Part shown: in pieces, positions 12,498 to 26,650 of the stretch
Layout of the letters: the number at the start of each line of letters is the position of its first letter
Position numbering within the stretch: the stretch's first letter is position 1
DNA from: Octopus vulgaris
Taxonomy: Eukaryota
Length of the DNA: 64,000 bases
NCBI GenBank assembly: GCA_951406725.2
Contig: OX597836.1
Coordinates: 11,346,001 to 11,410,000, forward strand
Direction: 5' to 3'
Translations under genes and position numbers: made by a program
The notes under the pieces: model-generated
Database searches by the model: none
The model's input: the letters and a program-made list of their open reading frames with translations, nothing else
What the model was told of the DNA's origin: nothing

Positions 12498-12953
12498 GTG
12501 GGTTTTTTTTTATTTTGATAATACTTTTATTTAAACTTTGTGTACATAAACAGGCTTTTATTTTAAAATATTTTATGTGTAAATAATAATAATAACATAG
12601 GTTTCGAATTTTGGCATAGAGCCAGCAGTTTTTTTGAGGGGAGGGGGAATCTCTGTGATTGACTGCTACTCTTTTTATTGACCCCCGGAAGAACGAAAGA
12701 TAAAATCGGCCTCGGTTGAATTTGATCTCTGAACATAAAGACAGTTGAAATAAAACTCGAACGTGATATATACATGTTCGAACAACAACAAAAATAATGC
12801 TTTCTATTATAGGCATAAGACTTGAAATTTGAGAGGAGGGGCTGTATTGATTACATTGACCACAGTAGTCGACTGGTACTTAATTGATCGCCGCCCAAAG
12901 AATCGACTCATCCCCTCCCACCAAATTAGTGCCTTTCTGGCAAAAATTGAAAC

Positions 12954-13036
<83 letters not shown>

Positions 13037-13526
13037 TTATACCTGTGTTCGCTTTGATATTAAGATTGAAAAACTCGACCTTGTTTTTAAAAAAGTTTTG
13101 GTTTTGGGCTTGCATCCCACAAAAACATCTTCATACTTTTATGCCTCATACATATATGTGTGTCAGTGTGTCCGTGTTAGTTTGTGTGTGTGTGCATGTG
13201 TGTGTGTGTGTGCGTATGTGTCCACCAGTTGTAGGAAGCAATATTGCATTCAGAACTCAATAATAGACGAATATACGAACCATTTCCATTTCCTGACAAA
13301 TTAATGTAGAACGAATATAAAGAAATTGCTGGATATTCATGACTTTTTCCTCAGAAAACCTTATTGAAAACAGGAGTGTAAAACATATGGCTCAGGGCAA
13401 CGTTTACTGTAGCTTCTGGCTTTAATTTATCCATACAAACATTTTCATTATATCTGAATTTCAAGTTACGGAGATGTACTTGCACAGCAAGTGACCTGAT
13501 CTAATATTGTGTGCTGGAACGAAAGT

Positions 13527-13790
13527 AATTGTAGCGTGGAAGGTGTTTAAAAGCTACTTAAAACATACAAGAACCATTAGATTCACTTCAACATTTAAAT
13601 TAAATTTGTCAAAATATTTTCGTCGCTTTGAAACCGCGACCATTTCACTGACACACGGAATTTTGTCAGTGAACAGGTCACGGTCTCAAAGCGAAAAATA
13701 TTTTGAAAAATTAAATTTAAATGTTGAAGTGAATCTAGCGTTTTTTGTGTATTTCTTAAATGGCTTATAAAGACCTTCCATGCTACAATT
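13527..13790. repeat. Imperfect fold-back palindrome, about 125-bp arms, with divergent G3-C8 hammerhead motifs
   Basis: AATTGTAGCGTGGAAGG...CACTGACA pairs with TGTCAGTG...CCTTCCATGCTACAATT. The left arm on the minus strand (13607-13653) reads TGTCA GTGAAAT G GTCGC..GCGAC GAAA ATAT TT TGACA. The right arm on the plus strand (13662-13709) reads TTTGTCA GTGAACA G GTCAC... Confidence 0.85.
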
Positions 13791-14394
13791 GTCTTAATTT
13801 CAAAATTTTCTGTAAAATATATATTGCCCTGCGTGCGTCCAGAATCGGCGTTGGACTTAGTATGCTTGATTAACACCCTTCCCGATAAGTCAGTTCAGTT
13901 GATCTTAATGAAAAACAAGCTTATGATTCCACGCATTAGAAGATGTGATCTATTTTCTTCTTACGCTAAGTAAAATAGGAGTAGTATTTTAAAATTAAAA
14001 ATGGCCTCATGTGTTCCTCGGAGTAGAGTCTTGTGATATGAAAAATATTGGTTTCAAATTTTGATACAAGGATAAGTTTAAGGGATGGGGTAAGTCGATT
14101 ACATTGATTCTGGTGCTCAACTGGTACTTATTTTCTCGACCCCGAAAGGTGAAGACGACTCTGACGTACGAAATGCTTCTAAGAGTTTTGCCAGGCGAAC
14201 CAACGATTCTGCATGCTCGCTGCCTTGGTGATATTGAAAATAATGATTTCAGATTTTGACACAATGCCAACAAGTACGGGGATGCAATAAGTGCTTAACC
14301 GATATTCATTCTATCAACCCTGGAAGTATGAGAAGCAGAGTTGGTGGAATGCCGCTAAACATTTTTCCCGGCGTGCTAATCGTTCTGCCGGTTC

Positions 14395-14890
14395 AGTCTC
14401 AGTGTATCAACTGATGTATAGTCTCGGTTTCGTCGGAAACATAGGAGAAGGAAATATCCAGAGAAGGGAGGACAGAAGAAAAAAATCGCCAACGGTACAC
14501 ACGAGGTCACATTTTATATACATGCATATATGTATATAAATACACACATATATATGTATATATATATATTACATTGCGTACTACCCAGCAGTTGGCGTGG
14601 AGTCTCGTTTTACGTTGCCTGTGACTCTGCAACTGGCGTGCAGTCTCGGTTTCCAGGCTCAGAGTATCAACTGATGTAAGGCTCGTTTTACATTGCGTGT
14701 TATCCATCAACTGGTACGCAGATTCGTTTTATGATGCGCGTTATTCTACAACTGCTGTGTAATCTCGTTTTCCAGGTTCAGTAGTACTTACCAACTGGTA
14801 CGTGTTGCGCATCAGCTGGCGTTCAATCTCGTTCTTTGCGCTGCGTGATACGCTTCAACCGGTGTGCGGTTTCCTTCTACGCTCTGTCAC
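14395..14890 (+). repeat. Degenerate ~40-bp minisatellite interrupted by a Penelope-like fragment
   Basis: About 9 units begin CAACTGG/CAGYTGG, and most continue with ...TCTCGTTTT. A minus-strand fragment of the 18575/30710 family is inserted at 14431-14510. Confidence 0.65.
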
Positions 14891-15324
14891 CCACATCAAA
14901 CATTTGTAAAGTTTCAGAAGTAATACTTCTGTCTGTATTACTTCCACTCTCGGCCATATCTTTCGGTATCTTTTGACAATACATGATCTTAATTTGTGGC
15001 TCTTGTGAACTCAATTAGTTAAGCTTCAAATAGAGAGAAATCTATACAGGATTACTACTGACTTGAAGTTTTAAGAACTTCATAAAATAAGCAAAATATA
15101 TATATATAGATAGATGTATATATTTTATGAAGGTTTTCCCTTATTCCTTAATTTCAAATTAAATCTTCTAAGTATTATGAAGAAATGATTCTCCATTGTA
15201 TCAACTGTCCTCAAAGGCAGTTAATACTTCAAGTGGAAGAGTTTTATTATAGTGATTAGAAGACCGTCAAATTACACGCAATGGCAGAGATAATCTCGAT
15301 TTTCTTCCTAATCAACACAAGAGT

Positions 15325-15325
<1 letters not shown>

Positions 15326-15397
<72 letters not shown>

Positions 15398-15803
15398 CAT
15401 TGTGTACAGTGCTCAGGTGCACTACAACTCATCTAAAGTGTATATATAATCAGGTGTAGTTTCGGCGGATTTCGGAAAGCATGAGGGCCTTAAAGGATGC
15501 AGTGTCATGGCAGTCAACAACTGACGCAGGCAGTCAACTACATGCTTCAGCAACTCTGAGCGTGAAAAAATGTTTCCGAAAGTCATGGGAGCTGTGCTGC
15601 TTTCTGACCTTGTAGGCATGTCCACGTGTGTTAGACACATGGAGATCAAAAAGGTGTTCAGTGCCGTTGTTAGTGAGGTGGTTGATAACTTTGCGGGTGT
15701 TTACCAAGTCCGTCGCCAGACGCCGGAGCTTCAGTGAATCAATGCCCAGGGAAACAAGGCGCTCAGAATATGGTAGGTGTCTGATGGAGGGTATGCGTTT
15801 GGT
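15326..15803 (-). pseudogene. CR1/L2-group LINE, 3' end of ORF2 with (TTA)n tail
   Basis: Translation RIPSIRHLPYSERLVSLGIDSLKLRRLATDL...TRGHAYKVRK...RKHFFTLRVAEA, then after a frameshift LPASVVDCHDTASFK. This matches the typical CR1/L2 C-terminus (Y.ERL..L.L.SL..RR..DL; TRGH; FF..RV). The tail is at 15326-15395. Confidence 0.85.
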
Positions 15804-16019
15804 TGGAGATAAGCACTGATGGGAATAAGAAACTGATTTTCGAATAGAGAAATACAAGCAATGAAGGAAGCGATCGCTTACAGAGATTGATAAAATACTG
15901 AATTTCTTTAGCAAAGCTGTTTTCGTAGCAAATCTAACTCTACGTATGCGATACACGATTCACCAGAAGACCGTCCTATGCAAAAGTCAATGAAGTATCT
16001 CTGTCGTTCTCTCTTATCT

Positions 16020-16196
16020 CTTATTTCTTTACTGCCCACAGGGAGCTAAACACAAAGGGGACAAACAACAACAGAGAAACGGATTAAGTCGATTACATCG
16101 ACCCCAGTGCGTAACTGGTACTTATTTAACAGACCCCGAAAGGATGAAAGGATGATGTATATATATATGTATATATATACAATGTATATATGTGTG

Positions 16197-16260
<64 letters not shown>

Positions 16261-16749
16261 GTATAAACGTGTACATATGTATGTGTATGTTTGTATATCG
16301 ACCCCAGTGCGTAACTGGTAACCTAATTTATCGACCCCGGAATGATGAAAGGCAAAGTCGACCTCGGCGGAATTTGAACTCAGAACGTAATGGCAGACAA
16401 ATATATGTATATATATACAATGTATATATGTGCGTAACTGTGTACCCTAATATATATATATATATATAAATATATTTGATATATATATATTTCGCCAGCT
16501 CGCCCTCGGCTGACGAAATCCTATTTCTTTATTATCCACAAGGGGCAATATACAGTATAAACGTGTACATATGTATGTGTATGTTTGTATATCGACCCCA
16601 CTGCGTAACTGGTAACCTAATTTATCGACCCCGAAAGGATGAAAGGCAAAGTCGACCTCGGCGGAATTTGAACTCAGAACGTCACGGCAGACGAAATACG
16701 GCTACGCATTTCGCCCGGCGTGCTAACGTTTCTGCCTGCTCACCGCCTT
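16020..16749 (-). mobile_element. SINE family C, fragmented and locally duplicated
   Basis: Three ATCGACCCCAGTGCGTAACTGGTA-like segments. A ~135-bp block at 16256-16390 is repeated at 16550-16685. Confidence 0.8.
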
Positions 16750-17709
16750 GCATGAGATATATACTAACGCTTACTTTATTAAATAACAAAAAATATCACT
16801 AGAGATTACAAACGGCTCAACATAAAGTTGGTTAACAGACACCGCAATCATTTCCGCATTTCTTTACCTAGATATGCATTAGATTTTATACATTTTAAAC
16901 ACCATTTTTCTGAAAAGGAATTTAAATACACTTTGTTATAGTTTCTCTTGTGAAAAAAAAAGCAAAAAAAAAAAGCTTAAATTTCAATATTCTGTATATT
17001 AAAAATGTTTCCCTTTGATATACATAATCCGATATATGTTTCTAAGCTTATGTACACATGTATATAATGTACGGTACATCTATATATTACAAAGATGAAA
17101 CATTAAATATAATATATATCCATTTGCATAGATTGAACACCATAAATAGACGTTTATATATCTATTACATTTACACGAAAGTTCAGGTGTGTGTATAAAC
17201 CTGTTTTATTAACATAGCGCAAGATCAATACACACATGAAGACACACACACAGACACCGATTTACATGCACACCCACACATACACACACATACACAGACA
17301 CTTTTACACATATTCATATATATGAGTGTGTGTGTGTGTGTGTGTGTGTGTCTGTGTGTGTGTGTGCAAATGTGTGCATGCATATATATATATATGCAAA
17401 CCTGCACACATATGTGAATATATGTGTGTACATACATACACATACGCACACACATATATATATACATATATATTCACATATATATACGTACATATATATG
17501 TACATATATATATATATATATATATACATATATATATACATATATATTCACATATGTATACGTACATATATATATACATATGTATACGTACATATATATA
17601 TACATATATATACATATATATTCACATATATATATATGCATATATATATATATATATGTATATATGTGTGTGTGTGTGTGTATATATATATACACATATA
17701 TATAAATTC

Positions 17710-17741
<32 letters not shown>

Positions 17742-17770
17742 GTGTGTATATATATACACATATATATAAA

Positions 17771-17815
<45 letters not shown>

Positions 17816-17854
17816 CATATATATATATGTGTGTGTGTAGATGTATAGATATAC

Positions 17855-17893
<39 letters not shown>

Positions 17894-17961
17894 CATATTG
17901 ATTAGTTATGGAACTTATAGTCCAGATGAATCACTTGAGCGCTAACCTTCCCTGTCGATAT

Positions 17962-18052
17962 TAAATTGATTAAAGACAAAGCTAGACAGTGGTAATAGCA
18001 TAAAGCCTTCTTTATGTCGCTGCCAGTGTCTAGATTGTCTTTAATAAATTTA
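17962..18052. other. ~90-nt imperfect hairpin in unique sequence
   Basis: ATTAAAGACAAAGCTAGACAGTGGTAATAGCATAAAG-CCTT-CTTTATGTCGCTGCCAGTGTCTAGATTGTCTTTAAT. Confidence 0.75.
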
Positions 18053-18506
18053 TATAAATACAATAACAGCGGTGATGGGCTTCGTTATAAGAAGAACAAA
18101 CACAGACACAGAGACAATACCCATAATATTGGTGATTATAAGCAACCATAACTACGTTAATACTGATTCTATAATACGACATCTATGTTCTGTGTGAGAT
18201 TCTTTTTAAGCGTATATTACAGTAGACGTATGCCATCTCAGTATAGTTTATTTAACAAGGTGTCTAAGCGGGGGACTGGTTTAGCGTGAAGCGAAAGCAG
18301 GTCAAAGAATTAACTCGAAAGACAGTGATTTCTTGCTAAGCAATCAAATGTTTCAAACGCATGTCGAAATTATTATGTCATTGTTAAATTAGTTTGGCTA
18401 TAAGTTTCAAAGATGGCCGTCGTTTGTAGCGTCGGTCAAATGTTTTCGCGGTAATTGTTATGGCTGCTTGCGTAGTTGGTAGAAATCTTGATGAGCTGAA
18501 CCGAAT

Positions 18507-18574
<68 letters not shown>

Positions 18575-18575
<1 letters not shown>

Positions 18576-18790
18576 AATATGACCGCGTATGTACCGTTAG
18601 CGATTTTTTTCCTCCGTCTTCCCTTCTCTGGATCTTTCCTTTTCCTATGTTTCTGACGAAGAGCTCCGCTCGAAGCGTAAAGCCCACCTTCTTCCCTTCC
18701 TTCCTGAGCGTCCAATAATACTATATTTGTTCCACGTCCTCGCGTTGTTGTGTTTTTTTGTGTTTTCATGTTTGGATTAACTTTATGTAT
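18575..18790 (+). mobile_element. Short non-autonomous Penelope-like element with minimal hammerhead (18649-18683)
   Basis: GTTT CTGACGA A GAGC TCC GCTC GAAG CG TA AAGC. It is flanked by (TA)n on both sides and homologous to 30710-30915. Confidence 0.65.
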
Positions 18791-18847
18791 ATATATATAC
18801 ATACCTATATATATAAATACATATACATATACATACATATACATAAC

Positions 18848-18929
<82 letters not shown>

Positions 18930-18934
18930 CTCGT

Positions 18935-19131
18935 GGCACTCCGTCGGTTACGACGACGAAGGGTCCAGTTGATCCGATCAATGGAACAGCCCGTTCGCGA
19001 AATTAACGTACAAGTGACTGAATACTCCACAGACATGTGTATCCTTAACGTAGTTCTTCGGGGAGATTCGGAGTGACATTGAGTGTGACAAGGTTGGCCA
19101 CTTTGAAATACAGGTGCAACAGAAACAGGAT

Positions 19132-19178
<47 letters not shown>

Positions 19179-19345
19179 TTGTGGTGAAAGAGTACTGCAG
19201 GGTTCGTTACCATCTCCTGTCAGAGCCTCGAGGACCTTTAGGTGTTTTGACTCTATAAACACTCACAACGCCCGCTGTGGCAATCGAAACCGCAATCCTA
19301 TGACTGCGAGTCCGCTGCCTTAACCACTGGGCCATTGTGACTCCA
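18935..19345 (-). mobile_element. SINE family B, full length (tail type 1)
   Basis: Colinear with 10666-11047, with an internal (GA)n expansion. Confidence 0.88.
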
Positions 19346-19346
19346 T

Positions 19347-19413
<67 letters not shown>

Positions 19414-19451
19414 TATATATATACATTATATATATATATGTATATATACAT

Positions 19452-19484
<33 letters not shown>

Positions 19485-20501
19485 GCATTATATAATATAT
19501 ATATAAAATTCTGTAAGTATTTAGTTAAATCGCCAGGTGGGGTTTGGTAGTGGTTCTGGTCGGATTCTTTACGAAAGGTGGATTGGTTGAGATGGTTATA
19601 ACGGGAGCGTATACTTTCAGCACACAAATCATCAATAATAATCTATCAATAATATAATAATCTCTGACCATTCGTTGATTCATTTTAGCCGTTCGTTCGT
19701 TCGGTCGGTCGGTCGGTCGGTCAGTCATTTTCTAGAGAACAAATGTAACAATTATGACTGACCAAAGCTTTTGACTTTGTATTCCTGCCAATAGAAAGAA
19801 AATATGATTGTATTGAACGAGACACCTTTTAGAAGTCTTATCCTTCGTGCTGATTGATTCATTAGTTCGAAGGCTGTAAATTCACCCCCAGGGCTATCAC
19901 CGATTCATAAACATCATCGTTTATTAAGCCACTTTTGACATCTGTCTTTTCTAATAAATATATTTCACGATGCACTCAATCAGATGTTCGCCATTTTACT
20001 TTCACTGATTATTCTGCTTTGATGCGTTTTTTTCTTCTTCTTAGGTCCTCTGCTAAGGTCCATTGATATATAACATATTAATATCAATATTTTTATTAAA
20101 TTTGTGTTGAGATATGATTGACAAAATACACCATTTATCGTTGATTTTTCATCTTTCATCTTTAACCTTATACTTGTTTCAGTCATTGGACTGCAGCCAT
20201 GTTGGGGCACTGCATCTTGGGTTTTAATCCACCCTGACATTTCCATCTCTTTTAAGTTTGGTTACATATTCTATAGGTTTCTATTGCAGAAATAATAAGT
20301 GACTGGGACGTAAACTAACCAGCACCGGTTCTGAAGTGGTGATGACATATAGAAACAAAGCCACAAACACACACACACACACAGACACACAAACACACAG
20401 ACAGACAGACAGACACACACACGCACACTCACAGACACACACACACAGACACACACACACACAGACACACAGACACAGACACACAAACACACAGACAGAC
20501 A

Positions 20502-20562
<61 letters not shown>

Positions 20563-21379
20563 TGGTATTACCGTAAAAAGAAAAACAAGGTAAAAGTTTC
20601 TATTTTTCATTCCCTTCGAAATTGCACTTAAATGTGGTTTTGGTCTTGTCGTTTTTGACTGCTTCTTCTAGCGGGTAAATCTACTTGTCAAAGGTAGTTT
20701 CTCTTCTGTTTAAATGTACACTATTTTATATATATATATACATTTATATATATATATATAACTGACGTTGGAATTTAAAGAAAGTTTCCTGTTATATATT
20801 TGACTTTGTTGATTAGTCAAGATTAGTTATGATCATGCAACCTCTTGCAAGAAACATCAATATAACAAAGAATTTCGTCGCAACATAGCAAGCGACACTG
20901 ATGCGTAGATACATAGCTAAACTATGGTGAAGATCTACCAACGCTTATAAATGACGTGAAACAGTGTATATATTACTGGATCGTTATTTCTGCAAGTAGC
21001 GAATGAGCGCAGATTTTAACGAGACACACGCGTTTTAACATGTTTGCAAATATAATTAACTAATGAAGTTCCTTTAATTAATATTTGTCTCGCTGTATGA
21101 AATTGTAATACCAGTCGTTGAAATATATGCACGAGTATTAATAAGATTCTGGAGAAATTAGTATATGTTTAAACTTTATTAACTGTATATATATATATAT
21201 ATAAATATATGAATAAATATATATATATATATATATACACGCACACACGCACATCTCTCTATATGCATACATGCGTATATATGTGCATAAATATATATAT
21301 ATATCTACATATATATATATATACACAAACGCACACACAAATATATGTGTATACACACACACATATATATATATATACA

Positions 21380-21425
<46 letters not shown>

Positions 21426-21576
21426 ATATATTTACACATATATATACATATATATATACATAAATATATATCCATATATATCCATATATATATATACTTA
21501 TAGATATAAATATATATACGTATATATATATATATGCGTGTATATGTATACTTATATATATACATATATATATATC

Positions 21577-21610
<34 letters not shown>

Positions 21611-21642
21611 GTACATATATATATATATACATATGTATATAC

Positions 21643-21744
<102 letters not shown>

Positions 21745-23212
21745 TCATATATATATCCTCTGAAAATCTAATAATTTTACTGCGATTCATAAAGTGTCTT
21801 CAATTTAGATGTAATAAAGATAATGAACAAATTATGAAACTTCACTTAGATGGACATATACGTCTTTCACCATAGTTTCCTGTAAACTTCTTTTATAATG
21901 AAGAGTAGCATCTATTAAATTCAGCTTCGTTTAGAAATTTTAAATGGCACTTTTTCTTCCGACAGATCATGTTTTAGTCAAAAGAAAACTTTATGTAATC
22001 TGTAATCAGATTGTGAGAAAGTCCGTATTCGTTTCATTAAGTTTCAGAAAATTTTTCCTGTTTCCGAATCACTTCTTGATGGAAATAAACAATTATAGTT
22101 ATTAATTAACCGTTGCCAATTTTTATGTGGGTCTGTCACTCTTCCCTGTCTTAAATTTAGTGATGCTAATGAACGTTTACTATCAAGAGTCATAATTTTC
22201 AATCTTCTTAATAAATTTACAGAGCTCTGTAATCCTGAGTTTTATTATCGAATTTAAAACATTTCCACATAAAAGCCAACGGACTTCAATATCTGTCATA
22301 AATCTATAATCTTTAGATTAACGATGATAACTAGAAATTAAACTACTTTACACCAAAGATCAATGCTGATCAATTCACACCAAATATATACGACGTTACG
22401 AGTGGCATGTTGACATGAGGTCTAAAATCTAATGCGTCACAGAACTCCAATCATGAAAGCAAATCTATCCGAATTCTTCACATTTAAATGCAATTAAAAT
22501 ATAGTGCTCTTTGCGTCATTAGAACATAAAAATTTCCAAGGATGTGAGATAGTTCGATTTTTTCAAAACTTGGAACTCGGAGTAGATAAAGCTACAAATA
22601 ATAACTTGTAAATATTGAGCTTAAAAATCCACTGGATAAAAAGGAAAAAAATAATTGAAAGCTGCCTATAGGATACGAACCCATTAACTTTGTAAATAAA
22701 CCAGATGTTCTACGGTTGGACCAAAGTAAACCTTCGGATGACGTTTTCCGATTTAGAAACTTTATTCTCACTAGCACGAACTGTATGTTTTTTGCAACAT
22801 AAGCATTAAGAGTCTTAGAGACGTGAAATAATTCGATTTCAATTTTTTGTGATGGAACCAAAAGTAAGAATTTCCACTTATTTCTTAATTTTCTTTTCCT
22901 AAAATTTTCGTTGCGTTTTGCAACCTTTGAGTCTTGCCACATGAATAGAATATGCTTCGCTGTTGAAGTATGATAAGAACTAAACATGTTCCTTTCACCA
23001 TAGCGTAGTTCTATATTTTGAAACAAAGAAAGGATTCAAGGTTTCGGACTTCAATTTGCTATGCTATGCGGTTTTCTTTTGTCAGTGTTTGTATAAAAAT
23101 CCATATATATGTCTGTATTTGTTTCTAGGTTATTGCTGTTTCTGTTAAGCAATTTTCATGAGTGTCTGTGTACGTATGTATATATACCTAAGTGTATATA
23201 TGTGTATATATA

Positions 23213-23356
23213 GGCGCAGAAGTGGCTGTGTAGTAAGCTTGTTCACCAGCATCATTGTTTCCGGGTTCAGTCCCACTGCGTGGCACCTTGGGCAAGTATC
23301 TTCTACTAGAGCCTTGTGAGTGGATTTGGTAGACGGAAACTGGAAGAAGCCCGTCG

Positions 23357-23405
<49 letters not shown>

Positions 23406-23608
23406 CTGTGTTTGTTCCCCCAACATCGCTTGGCAACCAATGTTGGTGTGCCTACGTCCCAGTAACTTTAGCAGTTCAGTAAAAGAGGCCGATAGAATAA
23501 ATACTAGGTTTACAAAGAATAAGTCTTTGGGTCGATTTTCTCGACTAAAGGTGGTGCCCCAGCTTGGCCGCAGTCAAATAACTGAAACAAATAACAAAAT
23601 AAAAGAAT
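23213..23608 (+). mobile_element. SINE family A, full length
   Basis: Head, internal (TA)n(TG)n and tail as in 8297-8732. Confidence 0.9.
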
Positions 23609-24708
23609 GTCTGCCTTTATCTTATGGTGCTAGCTGGTACATCTGATATTTTATCGACGTTTATCGGCGTTTTGTCGGGTGTATATCACTGCCTTTGCGC
23701 ATTGGCGTCCGCTTGTGCGTCTCTTAGTTTATAGATGTTTGTGTGTACGCATGCGTATATGTGTGTAAATTTCGCATTAGTACATAACAGTGCATCTGAC
23801 ATTTTGTGGACATTAATATATGTATACGTGTACATAACTGTCGATCCGTTTTAGTACAAATTGGTCAATGTTTATTATACTACTTTTGTGGGCGTTTGTA
23901 ACCGCGTATATGTATGGACGTATATGCTTGAGAAGATATGTTTATGCGGCAATAATCAATTTAATTAAAAAAGTTGAGAATGTTTTCATAATCTGATGAT
24001 CGACTTGCAAAATAACTCAATAACTTCACGTTAGAAGCAGAGCCTAATTTTCAAGTTAGAAATAGAAATGGTGCCGATAATCATATCAAATCTCCAAGGA
24101 AACGTGTACACATAGATATGGATACCATAACACACAAGAACGCAATCATATTAGATCGATCTCTTTTAATCACATTGCCTTCCAGTCATTTGATAATAGG
24201 ATGAGAAACCAGTTTGAAACCCTATCAATTATTTTAATACACAACCTGTTTTGACAAGTGCCGCAGTCTCGTGAGACTTGCAACTGCATAAAAAGTTCCC
24301 GTCTGCTAGCAGAACAGTGCATATTTCACTCTAATCTTGAATTCTTTAAAATCTATCAAAGACGCTAAGTGACAATTCACTTTCGGTAGTTTTATCATAT
24401 TTTATTCCGCTTCGCCACTTTTCTAACTCCCGTTGAGTTATTTCAATTTACTTATACATTATTATGTACGAATGTGCACAAGGTGTGCGCTGGTGCTTAG
24501 TAAGTACTAGTGAGTGCTTGCTGACTTGCATATATATATAGACAGACTCATATAACTGGCTTTATATATAATTTCAATTATATATATATATATGTATATA
24601 AATATGTGTGTATATGTGTATATGTATGCATGTACTATGTACATACAGATGTATGTATGAGTGTATGTATGTATAATTTAAATACACACACAAACACACA
24701 CACGCACT

Positions 24709-24923
<215 letters not shown>

Positions 24924-25291
24924 GCATGTATACATGCATAGAAAGAAATCAATAATAAAAAGGAAATTCTTTTTAATTGTCTCAGCCATTCGCCTGCGAT
25001 AATGGTAGTACATCTCCATGTGAGAAGCAAAAAATTTATATATGTATATATAAAAACGTCTGTCACTAATTTGAACCTGTAGTGTCGTAAGTCAAAGTCA
25101 AAAAGCTTTATCCACTCAACCACGATAACATTTGGCTAGCGCTGTAAATGCTTATATGATTATTGGTGCGTATATTCATATATCTGTGTGTATGTGTGTC
25201 TGTGATCGTGCGCCCTAGCTTGTGTGTATGTATGCATATATATGTGTGTGTGCGTGTGTGTGTGTCTGTGTGTGTGTGTGTGTATGTATGC

Positions 25292-25349
<58 letters not shown>

Positions 25350-25350
25350 G

Positions 25351-25605
25351 TATAATTAAGAGAAATAACCTCTGTTAAGCAATTCAATAGTAAAAGACAT
25401 TATCCATATTAAATAGAAAAAATGTAAATATACTATAATAAATATTTTTCAATATTATTTTTTGAATAATATTTATTAAAATATATCATTATATTATATT
25501 TGATATTTATTGTAGTATTTATTATAGTATATTTAAATTGTTTCTATTTAATATGGATAATGTCTTTCACTATTGAATCGCTTGAGGTTACTTCTCTTAA
25601 TTATA
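25351..25605. repeat. AT-rich inverted repeat, about 95-bp arms
   Basis: TATAATTAAGAGAAATAACCTC...AATATACTATAATAAATA pairs with TATTTATTATAGTATATT...GAGGTTACTTCTCTTAATTATA. Confidence 0.85.
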
Positions 25606-25717
25606 TACATATATATTGTGAAATTTGATTTAGAATTGCTAAATTGATTTTTCCCTGTAAGTTTGGAATTATATTCCCTGTTATCATCATCATTATTATT
25701 ATTATTATTATTATTAC

Positions 25718-25787
<70 letters not shown>

Positions 25788-26239
25788 TTTTTTTAATTTT
25801 TATTATCACTATTATTATATATGTATATATAATTATATATATATATGCGTGTATGTATATATGTGTGTGGGTGTGTGTGTTTGTGTGTGTGTGTGTGTGT
25901 GTTCGTATTATGTAATTGTATGAGTATGACTGACAAGTTTCAGATCCAACAACAAGTGACCTGCTAATGGTAGTCATGCAATCCAGTGCAATGTTTGCAC
26001 TGTTGGACGTTTGTAACTTAATCGGCGACCCTAGCACGCTTTCTCGGTAATGAATGCCACCTTTTGGGCACACTGCAAAATAGAACTTGGCGAAAAGCAG
26101 ATGAATTCAACAACGAACTACCATACAATTAATAAGTTTATAAGTTTGCTTAACTACAGTCATGGACAAAAGTTTGGAACAAAGGTTTGAGCATTAGAAC
26201 TTTTATATTAACTGCCCAATGTTATATTTGGTCGGGTTA

Positions 26240-26410
26240 TATATACGACGGACTTCTTTCAGTTTCCCTCTACCAAATCCACTCACAAGGCTTTGGTCGG
26301 CCCCGAGGCTATAGTAGGAGACACTTACCTGACGTGTCACGCAGTGGGAATGGATCCGGAACCATGTGGTTCGTAAGCAAGCTACTTACCACACAGCCAT
26401 TCCTGTGCCA
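26240..26410 (-). mobile_element. SINE family A, 5' part
   Basis: TACGACGGACTTCTTTCAGTTTCC...CTACTTACCACACAGCCATTCC. Confidence 0.8.
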
Positions 26411-26650
26411 ATTATTAGGAATTATATAAAAAAATTTTAATATCTTGTCTATGGTAGGCGTATAAGCGGTTTAGTGCTGATAAATTTTAACAACATCTTA
26501 TATGGATACCCAAGGACCCTACGAATCCCGGATGAGAACCATTGCTTTAAAGAAAGTCACCGCGCAAGTCATCGGTTGGTCCTATTCCATTCGACCAACG
26601 AACGCGTATGTACGTTCCTGTGCATATAAATGTATGTTTACATAAGTACG

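Noticed and set aside
14395-14890. CRISPR-like repeat/spacer appearance
   Set aside because: The context is eukaryotic, the repeats are degenerate, the variable parts resemble each other, and there are no cas genes.
26155-26185. TACAGTCATGGACAAAAGTTTGGAACA, a Tc1-like terminal repeat
   Set aside because: No matching second TIR or transposase was found, so it is too weak to call an element.
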